From the NCBI GenBank assembly GCA_963695345.1, contig OY968769.1, forward strand, positions 960,001-1,024,000: a stretch of 64,000 nucleotides of DNA, written 5' to 3'. Position numbers and translations under genes: made by a program. This DNA is from an uncultured Methanomassiliicoccales archaeon. Lineage in GTDB: Archaea > Thermoplasmatota > Thermoplasmata > Methanomassiliicoccales > UBA472. This document shows, one piece after another, positions 1 to 9,107 of this stretch. The stretch's first letter is position 1; every line of letters starts with the position of its first letter. Under the pieces are notes generated by a model that saw nothing but the letters and a program-made list of their open reading frames with translations, made no database searches and was not told where the DNA came from.

Positions 1-677
1 TCTCCGCCGACGGCATTATCGCGCTCACCCATTTCAAAGCCCATGAGATGACCGGTTTCGGAGGGGCAATCAAGAACATCGCCATGGGAGGGGCTCCGGC
101 CATCGGGAAGAAGGAGCAGCACAGCTGCCGGATGGAGTCGGATAGGGACGCTTGCATCGGCTGCGGAGCCTGTGCCTCGATCTGCCCGGAAGGGGCGATC
201 ACGCTGCCCGACAATAAGGCGATGATCTCAGCCGAGGAATGCATCGGCTGCGGCGAGTGCCTGACGGTCTGTCCGGAGAAGGCCATAGACATCAACTGGG
301 AAGCGGACGTGCCCGGGATGGTGGAGAGGATGACCGAGTATGCCCTAGGCGTGGTCAGGCCGCACCCGAAGAAGATGGGCTATCTCAATTTCCTGATCAA
401 CATAACGCCTGATTGCGATTGCACACCATGGAGCGATGCGCCCATCGTTCCGGACATCGGTTTCGTCGCCTCCACCGATCCCGTTGCCATCGACCAGGCC
501 AGCTTCGACCTGGTCAACGGACAGATGGGACTGGCGAATTCCCTGCTCGAGGACAACCTGGAGCCGGGAATGGACAAGTTCAAGGGCCTGAGACAAAACA
601 CGAACGGCGAGCTCCAGCTGAGCTACGGCCAGGAGATCGGGCTGGGCAGCCGAAAATACGAACTGATCAATCTTTGA
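1..677 (+). CDS. DUF362-domain Fe-S protein with 2x[4Fe-4S] ferredoxin insert (5' truncated by window)
   Basis: Frame is open from base 3 (SADGIIALTHFKAHEMTGFGGAIKNIAMG). Contains two CxxCxxCxxxCP motifs, CDC and ASTDPVAIDQAS. Confidence 0.85.
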   Translation, partial: SADGIIALTHFKAHEMTGFGGAIKNIAMGGAPAIGKKEQHSCRMESDRDACIGCGACASICPEGAITLPDNKAMISAEECIGCGECLTVCPEKAIDINWEADVPGMVERMTEYALGVVRPHPKKMGYLNFLINITPDCDCTPWSDAPIVPDIGFVASTDPVAIDQASFDLVNGQMGLANSLLEDNLEPGMDKFKGLRQNTNGELQLSYGQEIGLGSRKYELINL

Positions 678-1068
678 ACTGTTCCTTCAGCCCGCATCGG
701 CAGTTGGAGGGACAGCCCATCCATGATCTTCCCTCGATGTTGGCCACGCCCCACCTGGCCATGTCGATCATGATAGGTACCAGGCTGATCGCCTTCGGAG
801 TGAGGCTGTACTCTACCCGGGGCGGGATCTCCGGGTACATCTTGCGTGCGACCAGCCCATCCTTTTCCAGCTCACGGAGCTGTTTGGTAAGCATCTTCGG
901 CGATATGTCCGGCATCCCCGCCATCAGCTGGTTGAAACGCAGCTTGTCGTCCCTGAGCTTCCACAGGATGACCGTCTTCCACTTCCCGCCGATCATCGAC
1001 ACCGTGGCCTCGATCGGGCACTCGGCACGCCTGGGATCGGGAGAGGTATCTTCCACATTACTATCCAA
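667..1068 (-). CDS. HxlR-family winged-helix transcriptional regulator
   Basis: CP...IGGKWK...LRFNQL...ISPKMLTKQLRELE.DGLV.R..YPEIPPRVEYSLT. Start may be GTG at 1056. Confidence 0.92.
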   Translation of the reverse strand: MDSNVEDTSPDPRRAECPIEATVSMIGGKWKTVILWKLRDDKLRFNQLMAGMPDISPKMLTKQLRELEKDGLVARKMYPEIPPRVEYSLTPKAISLVPIMIDMARWGVANIEGRSWMGCPSNCRCGLKEQFKD

Positions 1069-1145
1069 ATTGATAGCTAATATAATAAAATATCGTACTT
1101 GATTGAAATATAGTGACTTCTATCGGTATAGCTAGAGGATTCTTG

Positions 1146-1694
1146 ATGAAAGTCATAGGTATCGTGGGAAGCCCCAGGAAGAACGGCAACTCGGAAACGC
1201 TGGTCCAGGCGGTATTGGACGGAGCCAAGGAGAAGGGGCACGCCACTGAGATGTTCCTCCTGAACGAGTTGAGCTACAAGGGATGCCAGGCCTGCATGTA
1301 CTGCAAGACCCACGACCGCTGCAAGCTCGAGGACGATCTGACACCGGTCATGGATGCGCTGAAGGTGGCTGACGCCGTCGTTCTGGGGGTTCCTATCTAC
1401 ATGGGCCAGCTGAACGGCCAGTTCAGAGTGTTCGAGGACCGGCTCTACCAGTTCCTCGGGACCGATTTCAAGGTCAGCCTGACCCCGGGGAAGAAGGCGA
1501 TCGTGATCACCTCCCAGGGCAACCCCGACCCGAAGGCGTTCGAGAGCGCCGCACTCGGTCTCGCCGGCGTCCTGAAGTTATACGGGTTCCACCTGAACGA
1601 CACGATCCAATTGACCGCTGGGAACAGCCCCGCGACGGCGAGGCAGAACGAGGACCTGATGGAACGGGCGATGAAGGACGGGCGGGCGCTCTAA
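1146..1694 (+). CDS. Iron-sulfur flavoprotein / flavodoxin-like FMN reductase
   Basis: GSPRKNGNS FMN-binding loop and CxxCxxC(x5)C motif; divergent from the HxlR gene. Confidence 0.9.
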   Translation: MKVIGIVGSPRKNGNSETLVQAVLDGAKEKGHATEMFLLNELSYKGCQACMYCKTHDRCKLEDDLTPVMDALKVADAVVLGVPIYMGQLNGQFRVFEDRLYQFLGTDFKVSLTPGKKAIVITSQGNPDPKAFESAALGLAGVLKLYGFHLNDTIQLTAGNSPATARQNEDLMERAMKDGRAL

Positions 1695-1736
1695 GGCGAC
1701 CCCGGCCACAAGATTCCCCTGTCGAAGGACAGGGCC

Positions 1737-3269
1737 TCAATTCTTTTCCAGCACCACCGGTTCGGACGCACCTGACGCCGAGAGCAGGTTCCGCAACGCC
1801 TCGTCGTACTCGGACCCGTTCGATTCCAGCATCTTCTGGGCGAACTGGGCCAGGTAGACGCCGTAATCCGTCTCCTCCTTGTTGAACTGCCAGTTCTTTG
1901 ACGTGTCACCGGCCGAGTTGAGGAAGGCGAAGGATATCGACTTGATCCGGTGGTCCTTCTGCCGGCCCTTTTCCGTCGCCCTGACCATGGCCTCCTTTCC
2001 CTCCGTCTTATAGGTTCTGGCCAGCAGATCGGCGTAGGTCCCTATCTCCCCTAGCTTGGAATATTTGGGCAGGCCGCTGGAGATGTTGAGGTTCTGCTCC
2101 ATCCGCCTTGCTTCCTGGACCATCTGGGGCGGGGTGAGGTCGGTCCTTTTCAGCAGGTCATCGATGACACCCTTCGACGCCACCGCTTCCAGCAGTGTCT
2201 GTTTGTTCGGCTCCCATATGTCGGTGATGATCTTGCCCGCCTGATTGCTCGAGGAGACGATGGAGACGTTCTTCACTTCGAGAAGGTGGTTGAGCGCCAT
2301 CATCTCGGACTCGCTGCCCTTCACGATGGCCAGGAACTTGTTCTTGTCGTGCCCGTAGCAGTCGGCCCCAGAGATATATACCGATTCCATCCAGCGGGTG
2401 GTGACGTTCAGTTCTTCGATATAGCGGTTGACCAGGTCCTTGTCGCTGATCTTGCCGTCGAGGTATGATCGTTTGAGGTCGTCGCTCATCTCGAACGCTT
2501 TCTTGGAGGGACAGTCGCTGCAGTCGGAAGCGATGCAGTGCAGCTTCCTCTCCACGTCGACATCGAAGTCGTCATTGGGCTGATTGGCCGCGATGCGGGA
2601 AGATAGCCAGCTGATGAGGTTGACCTCCTTGATGCATTCATGGCACACCCTGACCTCTTTCTGGGCGGATTTCCACTTGATGATCATGCAGGCATCGGAA
2701 TCCGTATGTCCACAGGAGAGTCCCTTCAGCTTGTACTCGGACTGTTCGAGCATCTCGGTGACATATGTCTCCGGGACCTTTCCCCCGCCCTCGGAACAAT
2801 ACAGCCGCTGGTCGGTGGAATAGATGTGAAGGTCGCGCTTTTTTGCGATGTCGAAATACGCAAGCAGTCTCAGGTCCGGGTCATCGAAATGCTGGATGCC
2901 GATCAGTTTCTCCCTGTCGACCTTTCCCCTGACCGCGAAAGAGACCTCCCCGACCGGCAGTTGCGCGGCCGTCAGGTAAGGGATCTTCCCCGCTGCCGCG
3001 AGGGAAATGGCGGCAGCATAGGCGCGTACCAGCTGATCTCCGCGTTTTGCCAGTTTGTTCAGTTTCTCCGGATCGTCCTTGAAGGAGGAGACCTTCTCTA
3101 TCTTGCGCTGCACTTTGTCAAAGCGACATTTGCGGCACTTCTCACCAGAACATTGAGGAATGATGACGTCTGGATTATCGCGTAGCATCTTCGATGTCTC
3201 GATGAGCCCCTTCTCCAGCGCCTTCGGGGTGGCCTTGACCCCTCTGAACTTGACTTGTTGGGTCGGCAT
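1737..3269 (-). CDS. Hypothetical Cys-rich protein, 510 aa
   Basis: Long ORF with host-like codon usage and several Cys clusters (CSGEKCRKC, CHEC, CIASDCSDC). No family recognised. Confidence 0.75.
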   Translation of the reverse strand: MPTQQVKFRGVKATPKALEKGLIETSKMLRDNPDVIIPQCSGEKCRKCRFDKVQRKIEKVSSFKDDPEKLNKLAKRGDQLVRAYAAAISLAAAGKIPYLTAAQLPVGEVSFAVRGKVDREKLIGIQHFDDPDLRLLAYFDIAKKRDLHIYSTDQRLYCSEGGGKVPETYVTEMLEQSEYKLKGLSCGHTDSDACMIIKWKSAQKEVRVCHECIKEVNLISWLSSRIAANQPNDDFDVDVERKLHCIASDCSDCPSKKAFEMSDDLKRSYLDGKISDKDLVNRYIEELNVTTRWMESVYISGADCYGHDKNKFLAIVKGSESEMMALNHLLEVKNVSIVSSSNQAGKIITDIWEPNKQTLLEAVASKGVIDDLLKRTDLTPPQMVQEARRMEQNLNISSGLPKYSKLGEIGTYADLLARTYKTEGKEAMVRATEKGRQKDHRIKSISFAFLNSAGDTSKNWQFNKEETDYGVYLAQFAQKMLESNGSEYDEALRNLLSASGASEPVVLEKN

Positions 3270-3516
3270 CCGAGAGTTAGTATGGTCCTAATCATAAAAG
3301 GCTTTTGTCAGCGTTCTTCCGACTGGCCGTTGAAGTAACGGTGTTGAATCTAGAATCCAGCTCGCCGAACTCCATGGAGTGTGCTTTCGATCTCTTTTTC
3401 GAAGTCGACTCGACGGTGATCGGATGGTCTGCAGATTAACCAGGCCCGAATAATCGCCATCTGCCTGTTGATTTTAGCGAACATAAGGTTAAATCTCGGC
3501 CTCTACTATTCACTAT

Positions 3517-4257
3517 ATGGGATGCATGTCTGATCAGGAGTCCCTATCGAGGGGTTACATCAAGGGCTACGAGGAAGGTCTTCGCGATGCGCTAGAGGAA
3601 CTGATATCCATCACCATGAAGCGCAATTACACGACGACCGAGATCCAGCTCCTGGCAAAGAACCAGCGCCTCGCGATCGAGGACAAGGTCAATGGCAAGA
3701 AGCGCAAGATATTGAGGGAGACCGGCATCGACCTCAGCGACGACAGCCAGAAGCACGAATTGCAGATGAGCTTCGAACCGATGAGGACCTATCTGATCAA
3801 GGAGAAGGAACGGCCAGACCAAGCGTTCAAGGTATTCTCTTCCCTGGTAAAGATGGGAATGGTCGGCCTGTGCATCTCCAGACTTCCCCCGGAGGTGGCA
3901 CAGAGGCGGTTCGGGGACAAGTGCACCATTGTCTGGCTCACCAAATCGGACCCGCCATCGGCGGAGGTGGACCCGGAGCAGAAATGGAGGGAAAGGTACA
4001 TCTCGCCTACCGAGCTCTCGAAGGTCCAGAGCGCCATCAAGGTCTTTTTGGCAGCGAACAAGGACAAATCAACGGTGATCCTGCTCGAGGGCGTGAACAT
4101 GATGGTCACGAACAATGACTTCAAGGGTTTCCTCAAGATGGTCCAGAAGCTCAAGGATGATGTCTACTCAGCACGTTCCATACTGCTGATACCCATCGAA
4201 CCGGCCACGATGGAACCGCTGGAGTTCAAGCTGCTGCAGAGCGAGCTCGAACCCTGA
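3517..4257 (+). CDS. DUF835-domain protein (KaiC-like inactive ATPase fold) with N-terminal helical region
   Basis: TYLIKE.RPD.AF...GLCISRLPP...IVWLT...ISPTEL...VILLEG...NDF..FLK matches the DUF835 pattern. Confidence 0.8.
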   Translation: MGCMSDQESLSRGYIKGYEEGLRDALEELISITMKRNYTTTEIQLLAKNQRLAIEDKVNGKKRKILRETGIDLSDDSQKHELQMSFEPMRTYLIKEKERPDQAFKVFSSLVKMGMVGLCISRLPPEVAQRRFGDKCTIVWLTKSDPPSAEVDPEQKWRERYISPTELSKVQSAIKVFLAANKDKSTVILLEGVNMMVTNNDFKGFLKMVQKLKDDVYSARSILLIPIEPATMEPLEFKLLQSELEP

Positions 4258-4266
4258 GAACATGAT

Positions 4267-4578
4267 TCATGGGAATATCCCCCTGAGCTGGATGGCTCTG
4301 GCGACGTCGCCCATCGCGATCATGTTGGCGGGGGTGCGCATGTCCACCTCCTTCGAACGGGACAGTGTGTTGACCTTATCGTATGCCGTGATCATGACCT
4401 GACGTAGCCTTGCGTTCACCTCGTTGATCGTCCAGAAGAAGAACTGCAGGTCCTGGACCCATTCGAAATAGGATACCGTGACCCCGCCGGCGTTGGACGG
4501 GATGTCCGGAACCACCATGATGCCTTTCTGCTGCAGTTGCCCATCATTTTGCCGACCCGCTCCACATGGGAAACGGCG
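4267..4578 (-). pseudogene. C-terminal remnant of glutamate dehydrogenase
   Basis: QQKGIMVVPDIPSNAGGVTVSYFEWVQ...RGIFP. Only ~90 aa of a ~420-aa enzyme; in-frame TGA just upstream and no N-terminal part nearby. Confidence 0.8.
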
Positions 4579-4846
4579 GTCTCATAAGGGTTTTAGGTCA
4601 CTTGTGTCAATGTTACACCTTCCGGAAATCATTGGATTGACAACGACTTCAGGTTTCACAGGGTCGTTTGACCATGAGTGCCTACCGTTTTTGTTTCTTG
4701 CCGAATAGTCTTAGAGCGTCATTTTGTCGCGCTAGTCGCCATCACGATTCTCAGACCCGAATTTGGACGTTACATCGCTTTCGCTGAGCTGTAATGGAAA
4801 AGAAAAGAAAGGTGAGGTTTCGGTCGACCCGTTCCACTCATCTGAA

Positions 4847-5923
4847 CTAGAGCGTAAATGTTGCTGTGGCGATCGTTTCCCCGGTCGAAGCATAGATCAG
4901 ACTCATTATGACCACGGTCCCTGTGGGTTGGATCGCGTTCAGCCCGCTTGCACTGGTGAATGGACCGAGTGTGAAAAGGTCGCCAGCAGACACATATCCC
5001 GTTGTCCCTGAATCGACGATCGTCAAGTTGTAACCGGTGGCGGTCCCGGCAATGACCGGGATGGTCAGATGCATGGAGGAAGGGATCGCCGCTGGATAGC
5101 TCGTGTGGGTTCCTATGGTCAGCCTGACCTCGCAATCATCATAGCTCAAGGTCGATGAGCTGATGGACACGAGGGTAAGGATCCGATATCCAGAGCTGTT
5201 CATTCCTGCGAAAGAGCCTGTCGGTGTCGTTGAGATACCAGGGGTGCTCCCGGGGAAAGGGCTGTATCCTCTATCGGACATCGAACGGTCCGTCGCCCAA
5301 TCCGATAATGAATAGTTGGCATAGATGTTAAGGTACCATTTTCCGTCGACCTTAATCAGCAGAACATACGTGGTGGAGGTGTAGGAATCTGTGGAGCTGT
5401 TCGTCTGCTTGATAGTTACCTTGACGAATTGCGAATCCTGTATTGTTATGAGGAATCTATTCTGGAGCGCGGTGGTAAAATTCATTGAATCCAGCTTGAT
5501 GTCTGCTGGAACGTTAGACATGGATATGTCTTCCATGCTGACCAAGGATACGTTGAACTCGGACAGGTTCTCCAATTGATCGGTCAAACTCGTGATGAAC
5601 AAAGAGCGGTTTGTTGTATCAAAATGCATTATTGTGCAATCGATGATCTTGGCGGCGTCACGTTCCTTCGTCCCGTCGAAATAAGCGTTCAACGCCGAAC
5701 CCGGTGTCGATTGGGCTGCCTTCGGTAGGACGAACATGACAGCGGCCAGTACTACTACCACCACTAACACGACAGCGACTATGGCAATCATGAGCGTTTT
5801 CTTGCTTTTAGGCCTGGGCGCAGGTGGCTGATAGACGGGGGCGGCAGGAACGGCCATAGGTGCCCCGCATTTACCGCAAAAGCTCCCACTAGGATTGTCG
5901 AATCCACAATTTGGACAGATCAT
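4847..5923 (-). CDS. Zinc-ribbon membrane-anchored protein with large extracellular region
   Basis: CPNCG..CGKCG, Pro-rich linker, KSKK plus one TM helix, then Ser/Thr-rich domains. Confidence 0.8.
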   Translation of the reverse strand: MICPNCGFDNPSGSFCGKCGAPMAVPAAPVYQPPAPRPKSKKTLMIAIVAVVLVVVVVLAAVMFVLPKAAQSTPGSALNAYFDGTKERDAAKIIDCTIMHFDTTNRSLFITSLTDQLENLSEFNVSLVSMEDISMSNVPADIKLDSMNFTTALQNRFLITIQDSQFVKVTIKQTNSSTDSYTSTTYVLLIKVDGKWYLNIYANYSLSDWATDRSMSDRGYSPFPGSTPGISTTPTGSFAGMNSSGYRILTLVSISSSTLSYDDCEVRLTIGTHTSYPAAIPSSMHLTIPVIAGTATGYNLTIVDSGTTGYVSAGDLFTLGPFTSASGLNAIQPTGTVVIMSLIYASTGETIATATFTL

Positions 5924-6364
5924 ATTTCAACTTCCTAAATTTGAGGGTAAAATAACTCGAGCTGGATATTTAAATTATCTGAACATTGACAAATGGTCAG
6001 AACGACAAGGATTTCGGAGGCTGACCGAACCGGTGCATACTCTACAACAGCACCCGTCATTTCACGTCCGATATTCCCATGATTCTGCATGTCTGATGGA
6101 ATTCGGCGATGTCTGAGAGTAACCATATCCCTTGCGTTTTGGAAACATTATCTTGAATAGCGCTTCGAGAACGAATCGATGATTGTCGTGTTTTCTGCTA
6201 TGAACGTTTCCTAACCTATGATGATCAGATGGCTGAAAGGTGTAAGAATGGAATTCGTGATGATACTGAACAAGCAACCGATCAATGAATCCGGTAATGA
6301 ACTACCTTCTACCGATTTCTGGAAAGAAATATCTCATATGGTCTAGTATCTTCACATCGATCCG

Positions 6365-8078
6365 ATGCTCAACGAAAAGGTCGCCTCCATCCTCTACGAG
6401 ATAGCGGACCTGCTGGAATTGAAAGGGGGAGAACCTTTCAAGCCGCGGGCCTACCGGAACGCAGCCCACACCATCGAGGAGATGCGGGAGGACATCGAGG
6501 ACGTTTACAGACAGGGTAAGCTCCGCGGGATACCCGGGGTCGGGCGACGCCATCGCCAAGAAGGTGGCGGAGATCATTGATACCGGTGAGCTGGGCTACC
6601 TGACCGAATTGAGGAACGAGTTCCCTTCCGGGCTGATCCAGCTGATGGCGGTGCCGGAGATCGGACCGAAGACCACCTTACTGCTGTACAAACAACTAAA
6701 CATCACCAACCTGCAGGAGCTGAAGCTGGCGGTCGAGCAGCACCGTATCCGCAGACTGAAAGGGTTCGGCCAGAAGACCGAGGAGAACATCCTTAACGGC
6801 ATCAGGCTAGTGGAATCGTCGAAGGGCAGGATGCTGCTCGGCAACGCCTACCCGGCAGGCAAGAAGATGGTGGACTTCCTCCTCGCCCAGGGTGTGGAAC
6901 ATGTGAGCCTGGCCGGATCGCTCCGGAGAATGAAGGAGACCATCGGCGACATCGATGTGCTGGCGGGCAGCGATGAACCGGCCCGGGTGATGTACCAGTT
7001 CGTCCACGGCCCCGAGGTGAAGGAGATCATCGGCCAGGGGCAAACCAAGGCGTCGGTGCGTCTGAAGGACGATGTCCAGGTCGACCTGCTGGTGGTCCCG
7101 GACAAGAGCTTCGGGGCCGCCCTGCAGTACTTCACCGGAAGCAAGGAGCACAACATCAAGCTTACGATCCCTGGCCATCGACAGGGATATAAGTTGAACG
7201 AGTTCGGGCTGTTCAGGAAGGAAACCGACGAGATGGTGGCCGGACACACGGAGGAGGACATCTACCGGGTCCTGGGCGTGGACATCATGCCGCCGGAGAT
7301 GCGCGAGGACCGGGGGGAGATAGAGGCGGGCCTGGCGCACAGCATACCGCGGATCGTCGAGCTTTCCGACATCAAAGGCGATTTCCACGTGCACACGGAT
7401 ATGAGCGACGGGAACGCCAGCATGGAGGCCATGGCCGAAGCGGCCCGGCAGAAGGGCTACCAATACATGGCCATCACCGACCACTCGGAATCACTAACCA
7501 TCGCCGGCGGTCTCTCGGTCGAGCGGCTCAGAAAGAACATCGCGGAGGCCAGGAGGTTATCGGAGAAGATGGCCCCGTTCCGCGTCATCATCGGGACGGA
7601 GGTGGAGATCGAGGAGAACGGGAAGCTGGAGTATCCCGACGATGTGCTTAGAGAGCTGGACCTGGTGGTTGGTGCGGTGCATTCGAGGTTCAAGATGTCC
7701 GAGATGGAGATGACCAACCGGATCATCACGGCCATGTCGAACGAGAACCTGACCATATTGGCCCATCCCACCGGCCGGAGGATAGGACAGCGGGAACAAT
7801 ACCAGGTCAACATCGATCTGGTGATGGATGCGGCGAAGGAAAAGGACGTTCTGCTGGAGATCAACGCCTTCCCGGAGCGCCTGGACCTGAACGACGCCAA
7901 TTGCCGCAAGGCCCGGGAAAAGGGACTGAACCTGGTCATCTGCACCGATTCGCACAGCATCAAGCACCTTGACTACATGGTCTATGGGGTCGCCATGGCC
8001 AGAAGGGGGTGGCTCGGACCCGAGCACATAGTCAACACCCAGCCTCTGGCCGAGCTGGAAAGGACCCTGGGACTGTGA
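6365..8078 (+). CDS. polX: DNA polymerase X / PHP 3'-5' exonuclease (frameshift at ~6544)
   Basis: FKPRAYRNAA and GIPGVG join DAIAKKVAE after removing one G. Also GSLRR..ETIGDIDVL, YFTGSKEHN, and PHP motifs HVHT, TDH, AHP, TDSH. Confidence 0.92.
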
Positions 8079-8156
8079 TCGGACCGCTCCTATGATACCC
8101 AGACCACTGCCTCTCGGCCAACCTTTATGTCCAGAGAGCAGGTATTACGTCTTTAG

Positions 8157-9083
8157 ATGACGGCCAAGGAAGTTGCCAATGCCATCCGGTCGATGGAGAT
8201 CCGGGGCGCCGCGGAGATCGCCAGGAGGGCGGCCATCGCCCTCAGGGAAGAAGCGTTGGCCTATGGCGGGAAGGACATCGGAGAGTTCCGCAAGGGAATG
8301 GAGGGTTCGAAAGAGATCCTCCTGGAATCGCGACCCACAGCGGTTTCCCTGTGGAACGGGGTCCAGTCGGTGTTCAAGAGGACCTCCGACATCGCCGACC
8401 TGGAAGAATACCGTTCCGCCCTGGTGCGCAACGCTGACGAGTTCGTAACCCGCTCCAACGAGGCGTTGAAGATCATCGGCCATCTGGGAGCCAATCGCAT
8501 TCAGGACGGGGACCGGGTGATGACGCACTGCAACAGCAAGGCCGCGCTGAGCGCGATAATCACCGCCTGGAAGGAGGGAAAGAGGATCGAGGCGGTGGTC
8601 ACCGAGTCGCGGCCGTGGCGGCAGGGGGTGCTCTCCGCCAACGACCTGGCCAGGGCGGGCGTTCCAACCACGATGATCATCGACTCGGCGGTACGGCATC
8701 AGATGAAGGACATCGACGCCGTGTTCGTGGGGGCGGACACCATCTGTTCAAACGGGGCGCTGATCAACAAGATCGGCACCTCGCAGGTAGCGCTGGCGGC
8801 GCACGAGGCACGGGTGCCGTTCATGGTCTGCGCCGAGACTTTCAAGTTCTCGCCCCGGACCATATACGGCCAGATGGTCAAGATCGAGGAGAGGGACGCG
8901 ACCGAGATCGTGAAGCCAGGAGAAGTTCCGGATTCCGTCAGGATATTCAATCCGGTGTTCGATGCCACTCCGCCGGAGTACATCGACTCGATCGTGACCG
9001 AGGTTGGGGTGATCCCGCCCTTCGCCGCGTACGAGATAATCGTCAGGGAACTGGGACAGGAATTCGTATTCAATGAGCATTGA
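8157..9083 (+). CDS. Ribose-1,5-bisphosphate isomerase (eIF2B-like)
   Basis: IRGA, SRPTAVSL, MTHCNS, ESRP, VGAD, NKIGT, NPVFDATP; lies next to RuBisCO and AMP phosphorylase. Confidence 0.92.
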   Translation: MTAKEVANAIRSMEIRGAAEIARRAAIALREEALAYGGKDIGEFRKGMEGSKEILLESRPTAVSLWNGVQSVFKRTSDIADLEEYRSALVRNADEFVTRSNEALKIIGHLGANRIQDGDRVMTHCNSKAALSAIITAWKEGKRIEAVVTESRPWRQGVLSANDLARAGVPTTMIIDSAVRHQMKDIDAVFVGADTICSNGALINKIGTSQVALAAHEARVPFMVCAETFKFSPRTIYGQMVKIEERDATEIVKPGEVPDSVRIFNPVFDATPPEYIDSIVTEVGVIPPFAAYEIIVRELGQEFVFNEH

Positions 9084-9107
9084 TTGAGGATTTGAGGAGG
9101 GAAAGAA

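Noticed and set aside
6218-6269. C/D-box-like arrangement ATGATGA..CTGA..GTGATGA..CTGA
   Set aside because: Guide segments would be 8 and 2 nt, too short for an archaeal guide sRNA.
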